64,000 nucleotides of DNA from Candidatus Limnocylindrales bacterium (GCA_038319665.1 JBBQDL010000001.1:28227-92226), one strand, 5' to 3'; positions 38,690 through 47,803 are shown, counted from the stretch's first letter. Notes: generated by a model not told the origin, from the sequence alone. Program-made: numbers and translations.

Positions 38690-39895
38690 GTGCCGTCGCT
38701 TGCCGAGACCGATCCAGCCGCACCGTTCGCCGTCGACAAGACCCGCCTCGCGGCGGCGGTCGAGGCCGCGCGTGACGAGATCCTCGGCCTTTCCCATCGG
38801 ATCCACGCCGACCCGGAGCCCGCCTTCGAGGAGCGTCACGCCGCGGGCTGGATCGCCGAGATCATGGCCGGTCACGGCTTCGCGGTCGAACACCCAGCAG
38901 GAAGCCTGCCGACCGCGGTCCGAGCCACCATGCCGGGTGGCAAGGGCGGCTCGGGCCCGCGCATCGGGATCCTCGCCGAATACGACGCGCTGCCGGGCCT
39001 CGGTCACGGGTGCGGGCACAACACGATGGCCGCCTCCGGTGTGGGCGCCGCCATCGCCCTGGCCTCGATCGCGGCCGATCTGCCGGGCGAGATCGTCTTT
39101 CTTGGGACGCCCGCGGAGGAGCGGGGGAGCGGCAAGCAGGTCATGATCGACGACGGTCTCTTCGCCGGTCTCGACGCGGCGCTCCTCTTCCACCCTTGCG
39201 ACCGCTCACACGTCGAGAGCCACGCCCTCGCATCCGAAGACGCCGAGGTCGTCTTCACGGGGCTGCAGTCGCATGCCGCCTCCGACCCGTGGCTCGGCAA
39301 GAACGCGCTCGACGCGGTCATCCTGCTGTTCACGTCGGTCGGGCTATGGCGACAGCAGCTCCCGCCGGCGGCGCGGGTCCACGGCATCATCCGGGAGGGT
39401 GGGACGGCGGCCAACATCATCCCCGACCGGGCGGTGGCCTGGTTCATGATCCGGAGCGACGACGAAACGGTGTACGCCGGGATGCGCGATCGGTTCCGCG
39501 ACCTGTGCGACGCGGCGGCCCTTGCAACGGACACGACCGTCGAGGTCACGTTCTCGGGCCTGGCCCGCACGATGCGCACCAACCGCATCATCGCGGAGCG
39601 CTTCCGTGCCAACATGGCGGCCTATGGCATCGTGGACCAGGGCGAGGATCCGAACCCCGGCTCGACCGACATGGCCAACGTCAGCTGGGTCTGCCCGACG
39701 ATCCATCCCGAGCTCGCCATCGCGCCCGAGGGGACGCCGGGCCATTCGATCCGCTTCCGCGACGCCGCGGTCACGCCCCGAGCGGACGAGGTCGCCCTCC
39801 TCGCTGCCACGCTGATCGCCCAGACCGCGCTCGACCTGTTCAACGACCCCGACCTGGTCGCCGCCGCGTGGCGGGAGCTCCGAACACCCGCCTGA
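38690..39895 (+). CDS. M20D-family amidohydrolase (AbgB/HipO/aminoacylase-like)
   Basis: GTG at 38690 (after GGAGG) is the refined start inside track ORF 38000..39895. The metal-binding motif is HGCGHN, followed by GTPAEERGSGK and a dimerisation domain. About 401 aa. Confidence 0.85.
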   Translation: MPSLAETDPAAPFAVDKTRLAAAVEAARDEILGLSHRIHADPEPAFEERHAAGWIAEIMAGHGFAVEHPAGSLPTAVRATMPGGKGGSGPRIGILAEYDALPGLGHGCGHNTMAASGVGAAIALASIAADLPGEIVFLGTPAEERGSGKQVMIDDGLFAGLDAALLFHPCDRSHVESHALASEDAEVVFTGLQSHAASDPWLGKNALDAVILLFTSVGLWRQQLPPAARVHGIIREGGTAANIIPDRAVAWFMIRSDDETVYAGMRDRFRDLCDAAALATDTTVEVTFSGLARTMRTNRIIAERFRANMAAYGIVDQGEDPNPGSTDMANVSWVCPTIHPELAIAPEGTPGHSIRFRDAAVTPRADEVALLAATLIAQTALDLFNDPDLVAAAWRELRTPA

Positions 39896-40010
39896 TAACC
39901 TTGGCCGTGGCGCGTCCTGCTGGACGATGGCTTCGAACCGGCGGCGCCCCCCAGTGAGACGGGATCGATCGTCGCGCGGCAACGTGCCGCGGCCGTCTCC
40001 GGAGGAACCC

Positions 40011-41072
40011 GTGGCCGAGCGCCCCCACGACCCCGAGCCCGATCGCGACTTCGCGCGCGAGAACGGCTGGGACCAGCCATTCGAGACCTACAGCGACTTC
40101 GACCTCCCGACCTACGTCGGCCCATCCACGTTCATGAACCTGCCCTGGATCACCGATCCCGCGGAACTCCGCCGTCGCGCGGTCGACGTCGCCATCATCG
40201 GCGCGCCGTTCGACGACGCGGTGAGCCATCGGCCTGGCGCGCGGTTCGGGCCCCGGGCGATCCGCGAGGCCCAATACGCGTCGGGCTCGATCCATTCGCT
40301 CCAGCTCGACGTCGACGCCTTCGAAATCCTGACCGTCGTCGATGCCGGCGACGCCAACATCGTGCCGGCCTGGATCGAGCGCGGCCACGCGATGATCTAC
40401 CGCAAGGTCCGCGAGGTCGCGGAGACCGGCGCCATCCCGATCATCCTGGGCGGCGACCATTCGATCACATGGCCGGCCGCCACCGCGATCGCCGAGGTAC
40501 GCCATCCGGGCAGCATCGGGATCGTCCATTTCGACGCCCACGCCGATACCGCGAACGACACCTTCGGCGTGCTGGCCAGCCATGGCACCCCGATGCGTCG
40601 GCTCATCGAGTCCGGCGCCGTAAAGGGTCGGAACTTCGTCCAGGTCGGACTCCGTGGTTACTGGCCGCCGCAGGAGACGTTCGACTGGATGAAGGCGCAG
40701 GGCCTGCGCTGGCATCTCATGCGCGAGATCGAGGAACGGGGCGCAGAGGCGGTCATCGCCGATGCGATCGCCGAGGCGCTCGACGGGCCCGATTCCATCT
40801 ACCTCTCGCTCGACATCGACGTGATCGATCCGGGGATGGCGCCCGGGACCGGGACGCCCGAGCCCGGCGGGATGCTTACCCGCGAGGTCTTGCGCGCGGT
40901 CCGTCAGGTCGTCGGCGCCGTCGATCTGGCGGGGATGGACATCGTCGAGGTCTCCCCGCCCTACGACCAGGCCGAGACGACCGCGATGGCGGCGAACCGG
41001 GCCGCCCTCGAGGCGATCAGCGCGCTCGCCGTCCGGCGACGGGCGGGCGGCCGGGTCCGCTGGGAGGCCTGA
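40011..41072 (+). CDS. Ureohydrolase (agmatinase / guanidino-acid hydrolase family)
   Basis: Arginase-fold Mn-binding motifs GGDHSIT, VHFDAHADT and SLDIDVIDPGMAPGTGTPEPGG. The GTG at 40011 is preceded by GGAGGAA; an alternative ATG lies at 39927. Confidence 0.85.
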   Translation: MAERPHDPEPDRDFARENGWDQPFETYSDFDLPTYVGPSTFMNLPWITDPAELRRRAVDVAIIGAPFDDAVSHRPGARFGPRAIREAQYASGSIHSLQLDVDAFEILTVVDAGDANIVPAWIERGHAMIYRKVREVAETGAIPIILGGDHSITWPAATAIAEVRHPGSIGIVHFDAHADTANDTFGVLASHGTPMRRLIESGAVKGRNFVQVGLRGYWPPQETFDWMKAQGLRWHLMREIEERGAEAVIADAIAEALDGPDSIYLSLDIDVIDPGMAPGTGTPEPGGMLTREVLRAVRQVVGAVDLAGMDIVEVSPPYDQAETTAMAANRAALEAISALAVRRRAGGRVRWEA

Positions 41073-41872
41073 CCATCGAACCCGCGTCGCTCGATCGACC
41101 CGACGCCGCGACGGCGGCCGCGCTCGCGCGGCTGTATGACCTCGACCTCGCCGACGAACCGGGCGATCTCGACCTCTACCTCGCGCTCGCCGAGCGCGCC
41201 GAAGGCCCGATCCTCGAACTCGCAGTCGGTACCGGTCGGCTGGCGGTCCCGCTGGCCGAAGCGGGTCACACGATCACCGGCGTCGACCTCGACCCTGCGA
41301 TGCTCGATCGGGCGAGGGCTCGCGCGCAGCGTGCCAGCGGCGGCGATCGGCTGACGCTCGTGGAGGCCGACATCGTCGGGCTCCGCCTGCCGGATGCCGG
41401 TCGATATGCGCTCGCTTTCATCGCACTCAACTCACTGCTCATCCTGCCGACGCGCAACGCCCAGCGCGCCGCGCTCCGGGCGCTTGCCGATCACCTGGCG
41501 CCCGGCGGGCTCGCGGTCGTCGACGTGTGGCTCCCGGACGCCGACGACCTGGGCCGGTTCGATGGCCGGATCATGCTCGAATGGCCACGCCTCGACCCCG
41601 AGACCGGGGCGATCGTGACCAAGGCCGACTCCGCCCAGCACGACGCGGCATCGGCGACCGTGACGCTCACGACGATCTTCGAGGAGGGCGGCCAGGGTGG
41701 CGCCACGCGCCGCTGGGTGCGCGTCGACCGCCTGCGGCTCGTGTCGGTCGACGAACTCCGCGGCTTCGCCGAGGAGGCCGGCCTGATCGTGGAGCAGCTC
41801 GCCGGAGGCTACGACATGGGCCCGATGGGTCCGGGCAGCGAGCGAGCCATCCTGCTCGCGGTGAAGTCCTGA
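41069..41872 (+). CDS. Class I SAM-dependent methyltransferase (no canonical start; possible CTG start overlapping the ureohydrolase stop)
   Basis: Motif I ILELAVGTGRLAV and motif post-I TGVDLDPAMLDRA. The frame is open from far upstream, with no ATG, GTG or TTG between the ureohydrolase stop and motif I. Confidence 0.65.
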   Translation: MTIEPASLDRPDAATAAALARLYDLDLADEPGDLDLYLALAERAEGPILELAVGTGRLAVPLAEAGHTITGVDLDPAMLDRARARAQRASGGDRLTLVEADIVGLRLPDAGRYALAFIALNSLLILPTRNAQRAALRALADHLAPGGLAVVDVWLPDADDLGRFDGRIMLEWPRLDPETGAIVTKADSAQHDAASATVTLTTIFEEGGQGGATRRWVRVDRLRLVSVDELRGFAEEAGLIVEQLAGGYDMGPMGPGSERAILLAVKS

Positions 41873-41934
41873 ATCGCGACCCGAGGACCATCGCCCACCC
41901 GGACCACCAGGCTGGGTGGCACCCCCGACCCTCG

Positions 41935-41943
41935 TGGTATCGT
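41935..41943 (+). promoter_or_regulatory. Extended -10 element TGgTATCGT, 7 nt upstream of the ATG of the receiver-ParA gene (leaderless transcript candidate)
   Basis: TGGTATCGT at 41935-41943 is followed by 7 nt and then the ATG at 41951. No SD is present. A 7-bp hairpin GCCCACC...GGGTGGC lies just upstream. Confidence 0.3.
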
Positions 41944-41950
41944 CGAAGCG

Positions 41951-43102
41951 ATGCCACCGAGTGACCAGACGCGCCTGCTGATCGTCGAGGACGTCCCGCA
42001 GGTCGCCCAGTACATCCGCGGTCTGCTCAACGCTCAGTCGCGGGTCAAGCTGCTCGACGTCCTGAGCGATGGCAGTCGTGTCCTCACGACGATCAAGGAG
42101 CTCCGGCCGGACGTCGTCCTGGTGGACGCGCTCCTCCAGGGTCGGATCAAGGGGCTCAAACTGGTCGAGATGATCCACGAGGCCAAGCTGGGCGTCCCGG
42201 TCATCGTCCTGACGGTGCCCCAGAACCCGATCGAGCCCGACTTCGGCCTGGGCATCCATGGCGTCCTGGCGATGCCCTTCTCGGGCTTCGACCTCATGAC
42301 CCGGATCGCCACCGCGCGCAAGGAATTCGACGAGACCGAATCCATCGCCACGACCCGGCTGATGAGCGTCTTCGCCCCGAAGGGCGGGGTCGGCAAGACG
42401 ACCATCGCGTTCAACCTGGCGGTCGCCCTCGGCCAGCTCGGCCAGCGGACCGTCCTGATCGACGGCAGCCTCCAGTTCGGAGACCTGCGTTCGCTGCTCA
42501 AGGTACCGATCGACGCGCCGTCGATCCTGGACCTCCCGACCGACCGGATCGCCGAATCGGACCTCAGCGACGTCCTGTGGCGAGACCCGTCGGGGATCGA
42601 CATCCTGCTCGCCCCGCCGCGTATCGAGATGGCGGAGATGCTGACCCCGCGCGATGTCGAGAAGGTCCTGTCGCTGTTGCGCCGGGTCTATGGCGCGATC
42701 ATCATCGACATGTCGAGCTACCTCAACGACGTCAACCTCGCATTCCTCGACGCGAGCGACATCATCGTGGAGATCGTCACCTACGACTCGACGACGATCC
42801 ACAACACAGTGGCGATCGCCGACACCTTCCGCTCGATCGGCTACCCGGCGTCGAAGGTCCGCTACCTGATCAACCGGGCGGACTCGCCGGGCGGCATCGA
42901 ATCGGCGGACCTCGAGCGGGCGCTCGGCCGGGTCCCGGAGCACCGCGTCGTCTCCGATGGGCGGCTGGTCGTCCAGGCGAACAACGAGGGCGTGCCGTTC
43001 GTCCTGGCCAGCCCCGATGCGCCGATCAGCAAGGACATCGGCCGGGTCGCGAGCGAGCTCCTGAACGCCGGCCGAACGCCGGCCGCGGCCGGTCGGTCCT
43101 GA
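41951..43102 (+). CDS. Response-regulator receiver domain fused to a ParA/MinD-type (CpaE/TadZ-like) ATPase
   Basis: N-terminal REC fold (LLIVEDVP...VVLVDALL...PVIVLT). The C-terminal deviant Walker A is FAPKGGVGKTTIAFNLAVAL, with a MinD-like fold. Confidence 0.8.
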   Translation: MPPSDQTRLLIVEDVPQVAQYIRGLLNAQSRVKLLDVLSDGSRVLTTIKELRPDVVLVDALLQGRIKGLKLVEMIHEAKLGVPVIVLTVPQNPIEPDFGLGIHGVLAMPFSGFDLMTRIATARKEFDETESIATTRLMSVFAPKGGVGKTTIAFNLAVALGQLGQRTVLIDGSLQFGDLRSLLKVPIDAPSILDLPTDRIAESDLSDVLWRDPSGIDILLAPPRIEMAEMLTPRDVEKVLSLLRRVYGAIIIDMSSYLNDVNLAFLDASDIIVEIVTYDSTTIHNTVAIADTFRSIGYPASKVRYLINRADSPGGIESADLERALGRVPEHRVVSDGRLVVQANNEGVPFVLASPDAPISKDIGRVASELLNAGRTPAAAGRS

Positions 43103-43109
43103 GGCCGCG

Positions 43110-43988
43110 ATGTCGGATCGGCGCCCCATCGGGGTCTTCGACTCCGGGGTCGGCGGCCTGACGGTCCTGCGCGAGATCGTCCGGCGCACGCCGGCCGAAT
43201 CGACGGTCTATCTCGGCGATAACGCTCGCGCGCCGTACGGCGTCCGGTCGGATGCCGAGGTCCTCGCCTTCTCGACCGAGTGCCTCGACCGACTCGCCGA
43301 GCGCGACGTCAAGGCCATCGTGGTCGCATGCAACACCTCCACCGCGGTCGCCATCGACGTCCTGCGCCGCCGCTACGACCTGCCCATCCTCGGGGTCATC
43401 CGACCGGGCGCCTCGGCCGCGGCCCTCGCGACGCGCAATCGGCGGGTCGGCGTCATCGCCACGCCGGCGACGATCCGGTCGCATGCCTACTTCGGCGCGA
43501 TCAAGGACGAGAATCCCGCGGTCGAGGTCTACGAACACGCCACGCCGACCCTGGTCCCCCTTGTCGAGGCGGGGATCCTGACTGGGCCAGCCACCGACGC
43601 GGCCGTCGCCGACGCGCTGGCGCCGCTCCTCGGCGAACGCGACGCCGCCGGCGGATCGATCTTCCCGAGGCCGCCCGGCTCGACGATCGACACGCTCCTG
43701 CTCGGCTGCACCCACTACCCCTTGCTTCGTCCGATCATCGCCGCCCTCGTCGGCGACAGCGTGGCGATCGTCGACTCGGCGACCGCGACCGCCTCGGCCC
43801 TCGCGGAACTGCTCAAGATCAACGCGCTCGAGGTTGATGGTCCGCCCGCCATGGGCGGCGCGCCGGCCGCGACCCACCTCCAGCTCACGACCGGCGATCC
43901 GGGGTCGTTCCACGCCCTGGCCAGCCGCCTGTTCGGTTCGACCTTCCCGGACGTCGAGCGCATCGAGCTCGCGGTGGCGACCCGATGA
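43110..43988 (+). CDS. murI: Glutamate racemase
   Basis: IGVFDSGVGGLTVL and VVACNTST, with the second Cys region GCTHYP. Confidence 0.9.
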   Translation: MSDRRPIGVFDSGVGGLTVLREIVRRTPAESTVYLGDNARAPYGVRSDAEVLAFSTECLDRLAERDVKAIVVACNTSTAVAIDVLRRRYDLPILGVIRPGASAAALATRNRRVGVIATPATIRSHAYFGAIKDENPAVEVYEHATPTLVPLVEAGILTGPATDAAVADALAPLLGERDAAGGSIFPRPPGSTIDTLLLGCTHYPLLRPIIAALVGDSVAIVDSATATASALAELLKINALEVDGPPAMGGAPAATHLQLTTGDPGSFHALASRLFGSTFPDVERIELAVATR

Positions 43989-45217
43989 GCGGGCGGCCGG
44001 GACGCGGCGGGCGGGGAAACGGCGAGGACCCTCGCCCATCCTGGCGCGACGACCGCGTCTGGCAGGCCGGCTTCCTGCTCGGGTCGGCCATCGGGGCCGC
44101 GGCGACCGTCGCGGGCCGGCACGCTGAGAAGGCCGCCCGGCGCGGGCTGGTCGACTGGCCCGAGGTCGAACGGATCGCCATCGGGCGCCTCGCGAAGGCG
44201 CCCGGCGCACTCGACCCGGTCGAGCTGCGTGCCGCCGAGCCCGCCTATGCCGAGGCGATAGCCCGCATCGTCCCGGCCCTGACCACCGCGCTCGGGAGCG
44301 AACTGCCCGGCGTCGTGGAGCGGTCCGGCGTGGTCGATCGCGCGGGCTGGGTGCGGGCCAACACGGGCTCATTCGCGTCGCTGATGGGCAAGCTCGAGCG
44401 CGACCTCCTCGACGAGGTGATGCCCGCGGGCGGCGGGCTGGCAAAGGCGACCATGGCACTCGCCAATCGCTGGGTCACCACCCGGCAGCTCGGGTTCCTC
44501 CTCGGGTTCATGGGCACGCGCGTGCTCGGTCAGTACGACCTCGCCCTGCTGTCGACGGAGGCCGCGCCCGGGCGGCTGCTCTTCGTCGAGGAGAACATCC
44601 GCACGACAGCGAAAGCGTTGGGCATACCGATCGGGCCGTTCCGGACGTGGATCGCACTGCATGAGACCACCCACGCCTTCGAATTCGAAGCGCACCCCTG
44701 GCTCCGACCGTACCTCGCCGAACGCCTCGAGCGACAGCTGACCCTCTTCGGCAAGGATGCCAGGGGGCTTGGTCGTGAAGCACTCCGTGGTCTCGGCCGC
44801 TCGCTTCGCGGCGACAGCGGCGGGGAGCATTGGATCGAGCGCCTGATGGGTCCCGAGCAGAAGGCGCTCTTCCGCGAGACGCAGGCGGTGATGAGCCTGC
44901 TCGAGGGTTTCAGTGACTACGTCATGGACGAGGTGGGACAGGACCTGGTCCCGGGTGTCGCCCAGATCAGCGCCCGCTTCCATGAGCGACGGGCCAAGCG
45001 CACGCCGTTCGAGCGGTCGATGCTCCGGCTGACCGGGATGGACCTCAAGCTCGAGCAGTACAAGAAGGGCGAGCAGTTCGTGCGCGCGATCGCGGACCGC
45101 CGCGGCCCGACGGCGCTGACCCGTCTATGGGAGGGTCCCGAGACGCTGCCGCGCGACGGCGAGATCGAAGCACCAGGGCGCTGGATCGCTCGTGTCCTCG
45201 ACGGATCGGTCGGATGA
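43985..45217 (+). CDS. DUF2342-family zinc metalloprotease (F420-biosynthesis-associated uncharacterised hydrolase family)
   Basis: HETTHAFEF (HExxH) lies within the conserved DUF2342 core. The start overlaps the murI stop. 410 aa. Confidence 0.8.
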   Translation: MSGRPGRGGRGNGEDPRPSWRDDRVWQAGFLLGSAIGAAATVAGRHAEKAARRGLVDWPEVERIAIGRLAKAPGALDPVELRAAEPAYAEAIARIVPALTTALGSELPGVVERSGVVDRAGWVRANTGSFASLMGKLERDLLDEVMPAGGGLAKATMALANRWVTTRQLGFLLGFMGTRVLGQYDLALLSTEAAPGRLLFVEENIRTTAKALGIPIGPFRTWIALHETTHAFEFEAHPWLRPYLAERLERQLTLFGKDARGLGREALRGLGRSLRGDSGGEHWIERLMGPEQKALFRETQAVMSLLEGFSDYVMDEVGQDLVPGVAQISARFHERRAKRTPFERSMLRLTGMDLKLEQYKKGEQFVRAIADRRGPTALTRLWEGPETLPRDGEIEAPGRWIARVLDGSVG

Positions 45218-46278
45218 CCGACGCCCTCGTGCGCCGGGCCGGACCTGGGTCCGGGCCGGGCGGAGCCCCCACGGCGATCGCGCTCAGCCCGATCCTCTCC
45301 GCCCGTTACCGCTCGCGCGACCTGGAGCGGATCCGGGCGGCCGCGCCGGGCGCCCGGCTGGTGATGGTCTCGGTCGAGGGCCTCGCCGACGGACCGCTCG
45401 ACGGCGTCGAGGTGATGCTGCGCGGCTGGCTGAGCTCGGAGGCCTTCGACCGGATCCTCGTCCGGGCGCCGCGGCTGAGCTGGGTCCACTCGGCGACCTC
45501 GGGCGTGGAGCGGGCGCTCACCCCGGCCGCGCTGGAGCGCGGCGTGGTCGTGACCAACGCTCGCGGCGTCTTCAGCCGGCCGATCGCCGAATACGTGCTG
45601 ATGATGATCCTGGCCATCAGCCGCCGGCTGCCGCAGCTGCTCGAACTCCAGCGCGAACGGACGTGGCAACCGCTGGAGGGCGCGGAGCTGCGCGACGTAA
45701 CGGTCGGCATCGTGGGCCTCGGGTCGATCGGGCGCGCCGTCGGTGCCCTGGCGACGGCCTTCGGCTGCCGGGTCATCGCCGTCCGTCGGCACGCCGGCGC
45801 GAGCCCGGTCAAGTCGGCGGGCGGTGAGGAGGAGACGCCGCTCGGCGAGGTGGTGCTCGACCGGGTCGGTGGGCCCGAGACGCTCCCCGAGCTGCTCGCC
45901 GAATCCGACTTCATCGTCCTCGCCGCGCCGTTGACGCCCGAGACCGAGGAGATGATCAACGCCGAGACCCTCGCGCTCGTCAAGCCCGGGGCATGGCTCA
46001 TCAACGTCGCCCGCGGGCGGCTCATCGACGAGCGTGCCCTGTTGCGGGCGCTCCAGGGCGGCGAACTCGGCGGTGCGGTCCTCGATACCTTCCGGGACGA
46101 GCCGCTCTCGCCGACGTCGCCGTTCTACGACCTGGCCAACGTCATCGTCACACCGCATACCGCCTGGTCGAGCGGTCGGGTGCTCGACCGCAGCGTGGAG
46201 CTCTTCTGCGACAACCTCCGCCACTTCGCGTCGGGTGAACCGCTGCTCAACGTCGTCGACCCAGACGCCGGCTATTGA
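45214..46278 (+). CDS. D-isomer-specific 2-hydroxyacid dehydrogenase (NAD-binding)
   Basis: ATG at 45214 overlaps the upstream stop (ATGA). NAD motif GIVGLGSIGRAVG and catalytic region VARGRLIDERAL...VTPHTAWSS. Confidence 0.85.
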   Translation: MTDALVRRAGPGSGPGGAPTAIALSPILSARYRSRDLERIRAAAPGARLVMVSVEGLADGPLDGVEVMLRGWLSSEAFDRILVRAPRLSWVHSATSGVERALTPAALERGVVVTNARGVFSRPIAEYVLMMILAISRRLPQLLELQRERTWQPLEGAELRDVTVGIVGLGSIGRAVGALATAFGCRVIAVRRHAGASPVKSAGGEEETPLGEVVLDRVGGPETLPELLAESDFIVLAAPLTPETEEMINAETLALVKPGAWLINVARGRLIDERALLRALQGGELGGAVLDTFRDEPLSPTSPFYDLANVIVTPHTAWSSGRVLDRSVELFCDNLRHFASGEPLLNVVDPDAGY

Positions 46279-46297
46279 TGCCTGCCACCATCGGCTG

Positions 46298-47401
46298 ATG
46301 CAGATCGCCATCGTGGGACTTGCCGGTTCGGGCAAGACGACCGTCTTCAATACCCTGACCGGGGGGCACGCCGAGACCGGCGGGTACGGCGGGGTCACGC
46401 TCAATGTCGGGGTGGTCAAGGTCCCGGACCCGCGGCTCGACGCGCTCGCTGCGATCTTCAAGCCCAAGAAAGTCGTCCAGGCGGACGTCACCTATGCGGA
46501 CCTGCCCGCGCCGCCGGCCTCCTCGGAGGGTCACATCGGGACCGAGGAGCTGCCCGCCGACCACCTCGCTCGGCTACGCGATTCCGACGCGCTCCTCCAC
46601 GTCGTACGTGCCTTCGAGGACCCGGCCAACCCGCATCCCGACGGAAGCGTCGATCCGGTCCGCGACATCGAGCGACTCGATCTCGAATTCCTGCTGGCTG
46701 ACCTGGCCATGACCGAGCGGCGGATCGAGCGCCTAAAGACGAGCGCCCGACACGGCAACCCGGCCGAGCGCGAGGCGGCCGAACGCGAGGATGCCGTCCT
46801 CCGCCGGATCCATGCCGGTCTCGAAGCCGGCTCGCCGATCCGGGATCTCGACCTCGATGCCGACGACGAGAAGGCGATCCGCGGCTTCCGGTTCCTGACC
46901 CAGAAACCGGTCCTCGCCCTGCTCAACGTCGGTGAGGGTGACCTGGCCGACGCGCCCGCCCTCGTGGCCCGCATCGCCGCCGGTTACGAGCACCGCCACG
47001 CGCTCATCGAGGCGCTCTCGGCGAAGATCGAGATGGAGCTTGGTGAGCTCGAACCCGGCGAGGCCGCTGTGTTCATGGAAGAGCTCGGGATCGGCGAATC
47101 GGGTCTCGACCGCGTCATCGGTCTGTCGTACCGGCTCCTCGGGCTCATCTCGTTCCTGACCGCCGGGCCCGACGAGGTCCGTGCCTGGCCGGTCCCCGAT
47201 GGCTCGAGCGCAGTCGATGCCGCCGGGGCCATCCACACCGATCTGGCCCGCGGGTTCATCCGGGCCGAGACGGTCGCCTACGCGGACCTGCTCACGCTGG
47301 GTTCGATGGCCGAGGCGCGCAAGGCGGGCCGATTGCGCTCCGAGGGCAAGACGTACCGGGTCCGCGACGGGGACGTCCTGGAGATCCTCTTCTCGAAGTG
47401 A
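46298..47401 (+). CDS. ychF: Ribosome-binding ATPase YchF (Obg-family GTPase with TGS domain)
   Basis: MQIAIVGLAGSGKTTVFNTLT is the G1 motif, and the C-terminal TGS domain is RAWPVPDGSSAVDAAGAIHTDLARGFIRAE. Confidence 0.9.
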   Translation: MQIAIVGLAGSGKTTVFNTLTGGHAETGGYGGVTLNVGVVKVPDPRLDALAAIFKPKKVVQADVTYADLPAPPASSEGHIGTEELPADHLARLRDSDALLHVVRAFEDPANPHPDGSVDPVRDIERLDLEFLLADLAMTERRIERLKTSARHGNPAEREAAEREDAVLRRIHAGLEAGSPIRDLDLDADDEKAIRGFRFLTQKPVLALLNVGEGDLADAPALVARIAAGYEHRHALIEALSAKIEMELGELEPGEAAVFMEELGIGESGLDRVIGLSYRLLGLISFLTAGPDEVRAWPVPDGSSAVDAAGAIHTDLARGFIRAETVAYADLLTLGSMAEARKAGRLRSEGKTYRVRDGDVLEILFSK

Positions 47402-47803
47402 TCAGTTGAGGCGGCCCGACCGAAGGTCGAACTTGGCGATGACCGTGTTGAAGGCCTTGCCCTCGTCGAGATCCTGCTCGGGATCGTCGTCATCGTTGTC
47501 GTCGTCTTCCTCGGCGTCGGCGATGTCGACCTCGAGTTCAGCGAGGTAGTTCTCCGCGTCGTCGGTCGAGACGTTGACCGAGGCGACGATCCGATCGTCG
47601 CTGACGTGGATGAAGCCGTGATCGCGTTCGAGCTCGACGGCGATCGACTCGCTGAGGGTATCGTGGATGAAGGAGTCCTGGATGCGGCGGCGGATGGTCT
47701 GGACGAGCTCGAAGAACTCGTCCGGCTCCCACTCGGATTCGCTGACGACGAGGACGTCGGAGTAGACCTCGTTGTCGCCCTCGTGCAGCTCGTAGAAGAA
47801 CAC
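47402..47803 (-). CDS. Highly acidic small hypothetical protein (133 aa)
   Basis: Asp+Glu content is about 30%, with a run EEDDDNDDDDPEQDLDE. A structured N-half (MFFYELHEGDNEVYSDVLVVSESEWEPDEFFELVQTIRRRIQD) precedes it. Its stop directly abuts the ychF stop on the opposite strand. Confidence 0.55.
   Translation of the reverse strand: MFFYELHEGDNEVYSDVLVVSESEWEPDEFFELVQTIRRRIQDSFIHDTLSESIAVELERDHGFIHVSDDRIVASVNVSTDDAENYLAELEVDIADAEEDDDNDDDDPEQDLDEGKAFNTVIAKFDLRSGRLN

Noticed and set aside
39010-40715. ORFs 39010..39957 (+), 39344..39982 (-) and 39840..40715 (-), plus the upstream part of 40469..41872 (+)
   Set aside because: They are antisense or alternate frames over the M20 and ureohydrolase genes. 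Only the C-terminal third of 40469..41872 (the methyltransferase domain) is retained.
41432-44459. 585-aa minus ORF antisense to the receiver-ParA gene, and 477-aa minus ORF 43026..44459
   Set aside because: They are opposite strand to well-supported genes (REC-ParA, murI, DUF2342) and have low-complexity translations.
44917-46491. 524-aa minus ORF, plus 45192..45827 and 45306..46025
   Set aside because: They are antisense or alternate frames to the 2-hydroxyacid dehydrogenase and ychF.
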